A stretch of 42,552 nt of DNA, taken from contig CAWDVE010000001.1 in the NCBI GenBank assembly GCA_963805625.1, forward strand, positions 1 to 42,552, in the 5' to 3' direction. The position numbers were made by a program, and so were the translations under genes. Shown in pieces: positions 20,198 to 29,753 of the stretch. Position 1 is the stretch's first letter, and every line of letters begins with the position of its first letter. The stretch is from an uncultured Candidatus Rokubacteria bacterium. GTDB taxonomy: Bacteria; Methylomirabilota; Methylomirabilia; Rokubacteriales; DASRDR01. The notes beneath the pieces were generated by a model that ran no database searches, was not told the origin of the DNA, and saw only the letters and a list, made by a program, of their open reading frames with translations.

Positions 20198-20415
20198 CCG
20201 GTGCTCCGGTAGGTGTTCGCGGTCGGGGTGCTCGTGTGTCCCCGCTGTGCCGGCCCGCGCCGGATCCTGGGCGCGGTGACCGAGCCTCCCGCGGTGCGGC
20301 GGCTCCTCACCGCCCTCGGCCTCGGCGCGGAACCGCCGCCGGGGCGGCCCGTCCCCGCGGCCTGACCCGCCCCCTGATCGCTCGCCGACGCCGTCTCCCC
20401 GTCTGCTCGCCGCCG
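20198..20415 (+). mobile_element. IS91-family transposase C-terminal fragment plus downstream sequence
   Basis: VF..VLVCPRC..PRRILGAVTEP.AVRRLLTALGL, stop TGA 20363-20365; homologous to 17670-17795 and 14486-14582. Confidence 0.8.
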
Positions 20416-20420
20416 GTTCG

Positions 20421-20484
20421 CCGCGGGTCGGCTGGCACTGCCAGGACTGCCCGGTCCGGAGCCGGTGCTGGGCGTGGGGGGTGA
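20421..20484 (+). repeat. PD-(D/E)XK nuclease 3'-end fragment, copy 3
   Basis: PRVGWHCQDCPVRSRCWAWG with one extra G before TGA. Confidence 0.9.
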
Positions 20485-20621
20485 GCGGTCGAGTGGCTAC
20501 TCGGCGCCCGCCAAGGGACCGTTGGCGGATGCCGAGGCGTCCCCCAGGCAGGATCCGGTCTGGTTGCTCCCCGAGTTCCGCTGGGCTAGTCTGGCGGCAC
20601 TCTGCGCGGAGACGTTGGGGC

Positions 20622-23600
20622 ATGCACTGTCCCCGGTGCCAGCACGAGAACCCGCCATCGGCGAAGTTCTGCCTGGAATGCGGAGGCCGGCTTGCGCCCA
20701 CATGCACCCAGTGCGGCACCGCGCTGCCGGCGGGCGCAAAGTTCTGTCTGGAGTGCGGTCAGCCCGTCAGCGCGCCACCCGGGCGATCTCCGTCGCCCCA
20801 GGGGTATACCCCCAAGCACCTCGCCGAGAAGATTCTCACGTCGAGGAGCGCTCTGGAAGGAGAACGCAAGCAAGTCACGGTGCTCTTTGCCGACCTGAAG
20901 GGCTCGATGGAGTTGCTGGCGGATCGCGACCCCGAAGACGCGCGCAAGCTCCTGGACCCCGTCCTGGAGCGGATGATGGAGGCCGTCCACCGATACGAAG
21001 GCACGGTCAACCAGGTGATGGGTGACGGGATCATGGCGCTCTTCGGGGCGCCCCTCGCCCACGAGGACCACGCGGTGCGCGCCTGCTATGCGGCCCATGA
21101 CATGCAGGCCACCATGCGCCGGTATGCCGTGGAGGCGCGTCGCGCCCACGGCGTCTCGCTCGAGATTCGCGTCGGACTGAACTCGGGCGCAGTCGTGGTC
21201 CGGGCCATCGGGAGCGATCTCCACATGGACTACACCGCCGTCGGTCAGACCACGCACCTGGCGGCCCGCATGGAGCAGCTCGCGACGGGCGGCAAAACCC
21301 TGGTCACGGCCGACACGCTGCGGCTGGCGGAGGGGTACGTCGAGGTCACGCCGCTGGGGCCGGTGCCCGTGAAAGGCCTGGACACCCCGGTCGAGGTCTA
21401 CGAGCTGGTCGGGACCGGGGCCCGCCGCTCCAGGCTGTCCGCGGCCGCCACACGTGGATTGACGCGCTTCGTGGGGCGGGACGCCGAGCTAGACCAGCTG
21501 CGCCAGGCGCTCGGGCGCGCCGCCGCCGGGCATGGCCAGGTGGTGGCGATCGTCGGCGAGCCCGGCGTCGGGAAATCGCGGCTCGTGTGGGAGGTGACGC
21601 ACTCCCACCGCGTCCACGGCTGGCTCGTCCTCCAGGCCGGCTCGGTTTCGTACGGGAAGGCGACATCCTATCTACCGGTTGTCGACCTCCTCAAGGGCTA
21701 CTTCGCGATCGAGGACCGCGACGGTCCGCGCGCGATGCGCGAGAAGATGACGGGGAAGCTCCTGACGCTGGACCGCGCGCAGGAAGACAGCCTGCCGGCG
21801 CTCCTGGCCCTGCTCGACGTCCCGAGTGGCGACGCGTCCTGGGACGCGCTGGATCCCCGACAGCGTCGCCAGCGGACGCTCCACGCGCTCAAGCAGCTCC
21901 TGATCCGCGAGAGCCAGGTCCAGCCGCTGCTGGTGGTCTTCGAGGACCTCCACTGGATCGACTCCGAGACCCAGGCGCTGCTCGACGGGCTCGTGGAGAG
22001 CCTGCCGGCGACGCGGCTCCTGCTCCTCGTAAACTACCGCCCGGAGTATCAGCACCCCTGGGGGAGCCGGACCTACTACACGCAGCTCCGACTGGACCCC
22101 CTCCCGCCGGAGACCGCCGAAGAGCTCCTCCGCACGCTGCTCGGGCCCGACGCCCTCGAGCCGCTCAAGGGCATGCTGATCGCGCGGACGGAGGGCAACC
22201 CGTTCTTCCTGGAGGAGAGTGTCCGGGCGCTCGTCGAGACCCAGGCGCTCTCGGGCGAGCGCGGGGCGTACCGGCTGGCACGGTCGCTCCCGGCCATCGA
22301 GGTCCCCGCCACGGTGCAGGCGGTGCTGGCCGCGCGCATCGACCGGCTCGACCCCGGCGACAAGGCGCTCCTGCAGACGGCGTCGGTGATCGGAAAGGAC
22401 GTGCCGTTCGCGCTGCTCCAGGCGACGGCCGCGCTGGCCGAGGACGAGCTGCGCAGCGCGATCGGTCGCCTCCAGGCCGGCGAGTTCCTGTACGAGACAA
22501 GCCTCTTCCCGGATCTCGAATACACCTTCAAGCATGCCCTCACCCACGAAGTGGCCTACGGGAGCCTGCTCCAGGACCGACGCCGCCGCCTCCACGGCGA
22601 GATCGTGGCGGCCATCGAGCGCCTCTACCCCGATCGGCTCGGCGAGCACATCGACCGTTTGGGCCATCATGCCTTCCGGGCGGAGCGCTGGGAGACCGCC
22701 GCCGCGTACCTCCGGCAGGGCGGGCACAAGGCGCTCTCGCGCTCGGCGTTCCGGGAGGCCGTGGTCGCTTATGAAGACGCGCTGGTGGCGATCCAGCGCC
22801 TCCCCGAGACGCGCGAGAGGCAGGAGCAGGGCATCGACCTTCGGCTCGATCTGCGCGGACCCCTGCAGGCGCTCGTACGCATGAGCCGCATTCTCGAGCA
22901 CGACCGGGCCGCCGAAACCAGTGCCCGGGTACTCGGCGACGAGCAACGGCTGGGGCGGGTCTCGTCGGGGCTAGCCAACACTCTGTGGGTCACCGGCGAC
23001 CACGCGGCCGCGATCGTGGCGGCCATGCGCGCCCTGGACATCGGTCAGCGGCTCGGCGATGTTGCCACTCACGCGACCGCGGTCCTGCGCCTCGGGGCCA
23101 TCCACTTCACCATCGGGGAATACGAGAAGTCCGTGGCCTACCTGCGGCAGGCACTGGAGCTGACCGCGGGTGACCGGCAGCGAGAGCGGTTCGGGATGAC
23201 GGCGAGCGCGTCGGTGCTCGCGCGCTACTGGCTCGCGCGTGCGCTCGGCGAGCTGGGGGAGTTCTCCGAGGGGCTGGCGGTCGCCCAGGAGGGCCTGGAT
23301 ACTGCCCTGTCTACGGACAACGTGGCCAGCCTCCCACCGGCCCACTCCGCGGTCGGGTCCGTCCACCTCCACCGCGGGGAGTGGGCGGAGGCGCTCGCGC
23401 CGCTCAGGCGAGCCGCCGAGGTCGCTCAGGTGACAGAAGTCCTCAACTTTGAGAGCACCTCCGTCGGCTTGCTGGGACTGCGAGACGTTCGCGCCGAGGG
23501 TCGGGCAGTTGGTGTCGCGCTGCTGGAACGCGCAGTCAGTTTGGCCGAGGAACGCGGTGAGCGGTTCAACCTGGCGCTCTTCAAAGGCTGGCTCGGCGAA

Positions 23601-23975
23601 GCGCAGCTCGCCGCCGGAGACCTGGAGCGGGCGAGGCGCTCCGGCCAGGCGAGCCTTGAGATGGCGCGCGCCCAGAGCCAACGCGGGACCGAGGCGTGGG
23701 CATGGCGGCTTCTCGGCGAAGTCGCCGCGGGGACCACCCCGCCAGGCGTCCAGGAAGCCGAGATCGCCTATCGAGAAGCGCTAACGCGGGCGACGGGGCT
23801 CCGCATGCGCCCGCTCATCGCACACTCCCACCTCGGCCTCGGCACGCTCTACCGCCACGCGGGCGACCCTGTACGCGCTCAGGAGCACCTGACCACCGCG
23901 GCGACCCAGTACCGCGAAATGGGCATGGGTTTCTGGCTTGGCCGGGCCGAAGGCGCGGTCCAGGGTGACAGATAG
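20622..23975 (+). CDS. Double zinc ribbon + class III adenylate/guanylate cyclase + AAA ATPase + TPR protein
   Basis: Four CxxC pairs, ERKQVTVLFADLKGS, MGDGIMALFGAP, Walker A GEPGVGKS, Walker B VVFEDLHW, TEGNPFFLEE, C-terminal helical repeats. Confidence 0.92.
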   Translation: MHCPRCQHENPPSAKFCLECGGRLAPTCTQCGTALPAGAKFCLECGQPVSAPPGRSPSPQGYTPKHLAEKILTSRSALEGERKQVTVLFADLKGSMELLADRDPEDARKLLDPVLERMMEAVHRYEGTVNQVMGDGIMALFGAPLAHEDHAVRACYAAHDMQATMRRYAVEARRAHGVSLEIRVGLNSGAVVVRAIGSDLHMDYTAVGQTTHLAARMEQLATGGKTLVTADTLRLAEGYVEVTPLGPVPVKGLDTPVEVYELVGTGARRSRLSAAATRGLTRFVGRDAELDQLRQALGRAAAGHGQVVAIVGEPGVGKSRLVWEVTHSHRVHGWLVLQAGSVSYGKATSYLPVVDLLKGYFAIEDRDGPRAMREKMTGKLLTLDRAQEDSLPALLALLDVPSGDASWDALDPRQRRQRTLHALKQLLIRESQVQPLLVVFEDLHWIDSETQALLDGLVESLPATRLLLLVNYRPEYQHPWGSRTYYTQLRLDPLPPETAEELLRTLLGPDALEPLKGMLIARTEGNPFFLEESVRALVETQALSGERGAYRLARSLPAIEVPATVQAVLAARIDRLDPGDKALLQTASVIGKDVPFALLQATAALAEDELRSAIGRLQAGEFLYETSLFPDLEYTFKHALTHEVAYGSLLQDRRRRLHGEIVAAIERLYPDRLGEHIDRLGHHAFRAERWETAAAYLRQGGHKALSRSAFREAVVAYEDALVAIQRLPETRERQEQGIDLRLDLRGPLQALVRMSRILEHDRAAETSARVLGDEQRLGRVSSGLANTLWVTGDHAAAIVAAMRALDIGQRLGDVATHATAVLRLGAIHFTIGEYEKSVAYLRQALELTAGDRQRERFGMTASASVLARYWLARALGELGEFSEGLAVAQEGLDTALSTDNVASLPPAHSAVGSVHLHRGEWAEALAPLRRAAEVAQVTEVLNFESTSVGLLGLRDVRAEGRAVGVALLERAVSLAEERGERFNLALFKGWLGEAQLAAGDLERARRSGQASLEMARAQSQRGTEAWAWRLLGEVAAGTTPPGVQEAEIAYREALTRATGLRMRPLIAHSHLGLGTLYRHAGDPVRAQEHLTTAATQYREMGMGFWLGRAEGAVQGDR

Positions 23976-25825
23976 TGCGCTGTCCTCGCTGTCAGACGGA
24001 CAACCGCCCCGAGCGTCGCTTCTGCGCTGACTGTGCGGCGCCCCTCGCGGTCGCCTGCCCATCCTGTGGGTTCTCCAATGAGCCCGGCGAGAAGTTCTGC
24101 GGTGGCTGTGCGACGGCCCTCACGGTGGTCGATCGGCCACACACGCCTCGCTTGATGGCCCCCGATGCCTACACTCCCAAGCATCTTGCCGACAAGATCC
24201 TCACGTCGAAGAGCGCCCTGGAGGGCGAGAGGAAGCAGGTCACGGTCCTCTTCGCTGACCTCAAGGGCTCGATGGAGCTCCTCGCCGATCGCGACCCTGA
24301 GGAGGCGCGCAAGCTCCTCGACCCGGTGCTCGAGCGGATGATGGAGGCGGTCCACCGCTACGAGGGCACCGTCAACCAGGTGATGGGCGACGGGATCATG
24401 GCGCTCTTCGGTGCGCCCCTCGCGCACGAGGACCACGCGGTGCGGGCCTGCTACGCGGCGCTCCGGATGCAGGAGCGCGTGAAAAGGTACGCAGACGACA
24501 TCCGGCGCTCACACGCGGCCGTCGTCAAGATCCGGGTCGGGCTCAACTCCGGGGAGGTCGTGGTGCGCGCCATCGGCAGCGATCTGCGCATGGACTACAC
24601 CGCCGTCGGGCAGACAACGCACCTGGCCGCACGCATGGAGCAGCTGGCCGATCCCGGCTCGATCGTCATCGCGCCGGAGACGTTGGCGTTGGCCGAGGGC
24701 TACGTCGAGGTGAGGTCGCTCGGCCCGGTGCCGGTGAAGGGGCTGGCAGATCCGGTGGAGACCTACGAGCTCATGGGTGCGGGGCCCCGGCGCTCGCGGC
24801 TCTCCGCGGCGGCCGCGCGCGGGCTCAGCCGCTTCGTGGGCCGGGACGCGGAGCTGGAGCAGCTTCGCGAGGCGCTCGCTCGCGCAGCCAGCGGGCACGG
24901 CCAGGTGGTGGCGATCGTTGGCGAGCCGAGCGTCGGGAAGTCGCGGCTCGTCTTGGAGGTCACCCACTCCCATCGCACCCACGGCTGGCTCGTCCTGCAG
25001 GCCGGCTCGGTCTCGTACGGCAGGGCGACGCCCTACCTCCCGGTGATCGACCTCCTCAAGGGCTACCTCCAGATCGCCGACCGCGACGAGCCCCGCGCCA
25101 TCCAGGAGAAGGTCACCGGCAAGCTCCTCACCCTCGCCCGCGCCCTGGAGCCGGCGCTGCCGGCCTTCCTGGCACTCCTCGACGTGCCGGTGGAGGACCG
25201 GCGGTGGGAAGTCCTGGACCCGCCGCAGCGACGGCAGCGCACCCTCGAAGCCCTGAAGCGGCTCCTCCTTCGAGAGAGCCAGGTCCAGCCGCTCCTGGTC
25301 GTGTTCGAGGACCTCCACTGGATCGACGCGGAGACACAGGCCGTGCTCGACCGCCTGGTCGAGAGCGTGCCGACGGCTCGGATCCTGCTGCTCGTCAACT
25401 ACCGCCCGGAGTACCGGCACGACTGGGGCGGGAAGACTTACTACCGCCAGCTCCGGTTGGACCCGCTCGCGCCGGAGAATGCGACCGCGCTACTGGAGAC
25501 CCTGCTCGGGAGCGACGCCGGCCTCGAACCCCTCAAACGGCTTCTGCTCGGGCGGACCGAGGGCAACCCCCTCTTCCTCGAGGAGAGCGTGCGGAGCCTC
25601 GCGGACGACGGCGTGCTCGCGGGCGAGCGCGGCGCGTACCGACTGGTGAAGGCCCCGGAGACCGTCCACGTGCCGGCGACGGTGCAAGCGATCCTGGCGG
25701 CGCGGATCGACCGGCTCCCGGTGGAGGGCAAGGATCTCCTCCAGACCGCGTCGGTCGTCAGCACCGATGTCCCCGTCGCGGTGCTCGAGGCGGTCGCCGG
25801 GCGAACCCCAGACGTGCTCGCGCGA
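23975..25825 (+). pseudogene. Second cyclase/AAA paralog, truncated before the TPR region
   Basis: Same domain order; GTG overlaps the upstream TAG; Walker A GEPSVGKS; homology stops near 25825. Confidence 0.85.
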
Positions 25826-26067
25826 AGCTTACGGACCAGGAACGGGCCGAGTTGTTCAAGACGATGGTGGCCTACGCCGGAACATTCACCGTCGAAGGCG
25901 ACCGGGTTGTGCACCACGTGGACATCTCGTGGAACGAGAACTGGACCGGCACCGCCCAGGCGCGCCACCTTCGGATTGAGGGGCGGCGGTTGATCATCCG
26001 TGGCGAACAGATTGGGGTCGACGGAAGACAGATCATCGCCGTCTTGACGTGGGAGAGGTTAGGTTGA
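25826..26067 (+). pseudogene. Lipocalin-like domain C-terminal fragment
   Basis: LFKTMVAYAGTFTVEGDRVVHHVDISWNENWTGTAQAR...LTWER; no start, joined out of frame to the truncated cyclase. Confidence 0.75.
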
Positions 26068-26096
26068 GAGACGCAGCCCCTTCCGAACGAGGGAAG

Positions 26097-26333
26097 CGGT
26101 CGAGACAGGCCTTCATGTCGACCCCCTCGAAGAGGCGCGGTGCCCGCGTGCGCCACCTCCTCGCCGACGGGCGGATCGAAGACCGCGTGAAGACCGAACG
26201 CCACCTCCTCGACGTCACCGGAAAGGCTGGGTCACCTCTTCTCGCCTCCACGGAGGACGGGGCAGCGACGCTCGATCGAGTCCACGCCACGCGCGAGCGC
26301 ATGATGGCCGCACTCGCGCCGGAAGGGGGCTAG
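26097..26333 (+). pseudogene. C-terminal fragment of an unidentified gene upstream of the dehydrogenase
   Basis: Protein-like frame ending 3 nt before the next ATG; no convincing start. Confidence 0.35.
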
Positions 26334-26336
26334 CCG

Positions 26337-27314
26337 ATGGCACAAGACGACACCGTGCGGATCGTCTGCCGCCTCAGCGTCGGCTACCCGGAGATAAGTC
26401 ACGCTTGCCAAGGCCTCGAGGCCGTCACGCTCGTGGCGGCCCGCGACGCCGAGACCTTCGCCCGTGCCATTCCGGACGCCCGGGTGGTGGTCACCCACAA
26501 CGGCCTCTACACAGCCGAGATGGCGGGGCTCCTGAAGACGCGTGGCCAGCGCCTCGAATGGCTCCATCTCGTGACCGCCGGGTGGGATGCGCTCCTCAAG
26601 CACGGCGCGCCCTCCGCCATTCCCATCTCCAACTCGTCCGGCATCTGGACTCCCGTCGTCGTCGAGCATGCGTTCGCCATGCTGCTCGGGCTCCTCCGGA
26701 GTCTCCCGCAGATAGAGCGGGGGCGCGCCCAAGGTCGCTGGGTGCAGGACGAGATTCGCGATTCGCTCTCGTGTCTCCGGACGCGCACTCTCGTCGTGCT
26801 CGGCATGGGCAGCATCGGTCGCGCAGCCGCCCGGATCGCCAAGACGTTCGACATGCGAGTGATCGGCGTCTCGCGAACGCCACGGACGGACGCGCGCGTG
26901 GATCGCGCGGTGGGTGTCGAGCAGCTTTCGGACGTGCTGCCGGAGGCGGACGCGCTGCTGATCTCGGTTCCCTTGACGCCGGCGACCCGCCACCTCATGG
27001 GCGCTGCTGAGCTCGCCCGCCTAAAGCCGTCAGCCGTTCTGATCAACGTCGCCCGGGGCGAGGTGGTCGAGGAGGCAGCGCTCGTCCGGGCGCTCGCCGA
27101 CGGAACGCTCGCGGGGGCCGGACTCGACGTGTTCGCCGAAGAGCCCCTGCCGCCGGACCACCCACTTTGGCGCCTCCACAACGTGATCCTTTCACCGCAC
27201 GTTGGCGGCTACGGCGACCCGGACTTGCTCGAAGGCCTTGCCCGCCACTTCCGCGCCAATCTTGAGCGCTTTCTCGCGGGCGAGCCGTTGCAGGATCGTG
27301 TCTCTCTGGCCTGA
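26337..27314 (+). CDS. D-isomer-specific 2-hydroxyacid dehydrogenase
   Basis: GMGSIG Rossmann motif, LINVARG, LDVFAEEPL, ILSPHVGG. Confidence 0.93.
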   Translation: MAQDDTVRIVCRLSVGYPEISHACQGLEAVTLVAARDAETFARAIPDARVVVTHNGLYTAEMAGLLKTRGQRLEWLHLVTAGWDALLKHGAPSAIPISNSSGIWTPVVVEHAFAMLLGLLRSLPQIERGRAQGRWVQDEIRDSLSCLRTRTLVVLGMGSIGRAAARIAKTFDMRVIGVSRTPRTDARVDRAVGVEQLSDVLPEADALLISVPLTPATRHLMGAAELARLKPSAVLINVARGEVVEEAALVRALADGTLAGAGLDVFAEEPLPPDHPLWRLHNVILSPHVGGYGDPDLLEGLARHFRANLERFLAGEPLQDRVSLA

Positions 27315-27490
27315 CCGCCGGGGGTCGCTTTCTTGCTTACGCGACCCGATTGCAAAATTCGGGGCCGGCGTCGCGGGGGGCCGGCCCGGGCCGGCCGCTC
27401 CGACGGAGGTGGCGTTCGTCGTTCCTCCCGTGCCCTCACGGGTAACCGATACTGCAAAGCTCCTCCCCACAACCGTACAATGATGCGACC

Positions 27491-28054
27491 ATGACCCTTG
27501 ACCCCCGTGTCATCCCTACCCAGGACACGATCTACGGCTGGATCGAGGCGATCTTCTTGCGAGGCACCCGCCGCCCGGCGTATCCGGCGGACCAATGGAC
27601 CGAGGAGTACTGCGTGCACCTGTTTGACACGTGGGGCCTGGAGAACGTGCGGCTGGAGCCAGTGGAGCTCCCATACTGGGAGCCCAGACGGTGGTCGCTC
27701 ACGGTGCGCGGCGCGGCCGGCCATGAGACCGAGGTTCCATGTTTTCCCCTGCCGCATTCGAGCGCCGGGGCGCTGGAGGACGTGGAGGTCGCCCGGTTCG
27801 ACGAGCATCAGCGAGACCTGGCCCGTGGCCGCATCGCCGTCCGCGAAATCCGCATGATGCGGGCGAGCCGTTGGTACCGCCCACCCTGGGTGGACCCGCA
27901 TGCGGGGAGTCGAGTGGTGGTGGCGCCATCTATGCGACGGCTCTCGGACCGCGGCCGGGAACGATTGCGCGCTCACCCACCCGTCGACCATCCGCTGCCG
28001 GACTCGGTGAAGATCGGTGGCCGCATCAAGGCCCTGCGCGAGAAGCTGCACTGA
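27491..28054 (+). pseudogene. Probable chimeric ORF: N-terminal part of an M28-peptidase-like protein joined to an unrelated C-terminus
   Basis: RRPAYPADQWTEEY...GLENVRLEPVELPYWEP resembles peptidase N-termini; character changes near 27860; too short for the full enzyme. Confidence 0.4.
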
Positions 28055-28067
28055 CAGGAGGAACGTT

Positions 28068-29423
28068 ATGTCCCTGACTAAGAGCCTCAGCCAGTTCGTT
28101 GCCGACCTGTCGGCCAACCGGCTTCCCGAGGAAGCCGCGCGCGTCGCGCGCCTGGGCTTCATCGACTGCATCGGCACGATGATCGCCGGCCGCCGCGAGG
28201 ACTGCGTGCGCATCTTGAAGGAGGTGCTGGCGCCCACCGATGGCCCCGCGACGCTGACCTTCGGCAAGGAGAAGAGCACCGCACCGGAAGCCGCATGGAT
28301 CAATGGCACTGCGGCGCACGCGCTCGACTACGACGATGTGGGGCTGCGCGGGCATCCGAGCACGGTGCTGGTGCCGGCGATTCTCGCCGAGGCGGAAGCG
28401 CTGGGCTCGACCGGCGCCGACATGATCGTGGCGTATGTCGCGGGGTACGAGACCTGGGCCGAGCTGTTCCGGCGCGACTCGGGACTGCTGCACAAGAAGG
28501 GCTGGCATCCGACGGGCCTTTATGGGGCGGTCGGCGCGGCCGCGGCGTGCGCATCACTGCGTCGCCTGGACGCCGACAAGGCCGCTCAGGCCATCGCGCT
28601 GGGCGCCTCGCAGAGTGCCGGCCTCATGGCCAATTTCGGCACGATGACGAAACCGTTCCATGCCGGCAAGGCGGCGCATGCCGGCATCATGGCGGCACGC
28701 CTGACCGAGGCGGGCTTCACCGCCAGCACCGATGCGCTCGAGCATCCGCAGGGTTTTCTTCATGCAATCTCGCCCAGCGGCACCGAGGATCGCACCAGCG
28801 AAGCTAAGCCTGGCGAGGCCTGGGCCATCCTGACGCAAGGTCTCGGCATCAAGAAATACCCCACTTGCTACTGCACGCATCGCGCCATCGACTGCATGCT
28901 GGATCTGGTGCGCGAGACGCCGATCAAGGCAGACGAGGTGAAGAGCATCACCGCCAACATCAGCGACTACTTCGCCACCGTGCTGCGCAACCACCAGCCG
29001 GACACCGGCCTCGCCGCCAAGTTCAGCATGGAGTTCGCCATGGCGAGCGGCGTCATTGCCAGGCGCGTCGGCCTGCAGGAGCTGACCGACGAGTTCGTGC
29101 GGCGGCCCGACATCCAGGCGCTGATGCGCAAGGTCGAGATCGTCACCACCAACGAATACGATGCGGACCTGCCCGGTGCCGCGCCGCAGGACCAGGTGAC
29201 GGTTGAGCTCGCCGACGGCAGCACCATCGTCGGCGAGCCGGTGAAGCGCGCCACCGGCCACGCGTCCCGCCCACTGACCGAGGCGCAGATCTACGAAAAA
29301 TTCGCCGACTGCCTAGACGCCGGCGCCTCGGACATTCCGGCCGACGTGCTGTTCACACGCCTTTCGGCGATCCGGTCGATGTCGGCGCGGGAGATCACGG
29401 CGCTGCAAACTTCGGGCACATGA
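28068..29423 (+). CDS. MmgE/PrpD family protein
   Basis: NGTAAHALDYDD, GHPS, GWHPT, GTMTKPFHAG, KKYPTCYCTH, AKFSMEF; AGGAGG RBS. Confidence 0.93.
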   Translation: MSLTKSLSQFVADLSANRLPEEAARVARLGFIDCIGTMIAGRREDCVRILKEVLAPTDGPATLTFGKEKSTAPEAAWINGTAAHALDYDDVGLRGHPSTVLVPAILAEAEALGSTGADMIVAYVAGYETWAELFRRDSGLLHKKGWHPTGLYGAVGAAAACASLRRLDADKAAQAIALGASQSAGLMANFGTMTKPFHAGKAAHAGIMAARLTEAGFTASTDALEHPQGFLHAISPSGTEDRTSEAKPGEAWAILTQGLGIKKYPTCYCTHRAIDCMLDLVRETPIKADEVKSITANISDYFATVLRNHQPDTGLAAKFSMEFAMASGVIARRVGLQELTDEFVRRPDIQALMRKVEIVTTNEYDADLPGAAPQDQVTVELADGSTIVGEPVKRATGHASRPLTEAQIYEKFADCLDAGASDIPADVLFTRLSAIRSMSAREITALQTSGT

Positions 29424-29753
29424 TCACGCCCAAGAACAACCATCACGGTCAGATCGAGTTCATCCGGGGGGCGGCGATACCCGGAGTGGGAGCTCACGCC
29501 CGGCACGGGAATCGTGCAGCGCTGTTGATCGTCTGCTCCGCCCCAGCTCCGTCCCCATCGCCACGAGGACCCGGGCGGGTCGGAGCGACGGGGACGGCGA
29601 TCACCCTGAAGCGGGCCTGACGGGAGGCCCGGTCATTGACTGGGCCCCAGGAGCGGACGGATCATTGGCGCCATCACGGACAGTCGGGCGCGACGCGCGC
29701 CCTTGCCACGGGTCCGGTGGTCCGAGATGTGCTGACTCAGGGGAGGTTCCCGT

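Noticed and set aside
27345-27400. Similarity to the region upstream of the IS91 start (TGCAAA..TTC...CGCGGGGG)
   Set aside because: Too short and degenerate to call as a repeat
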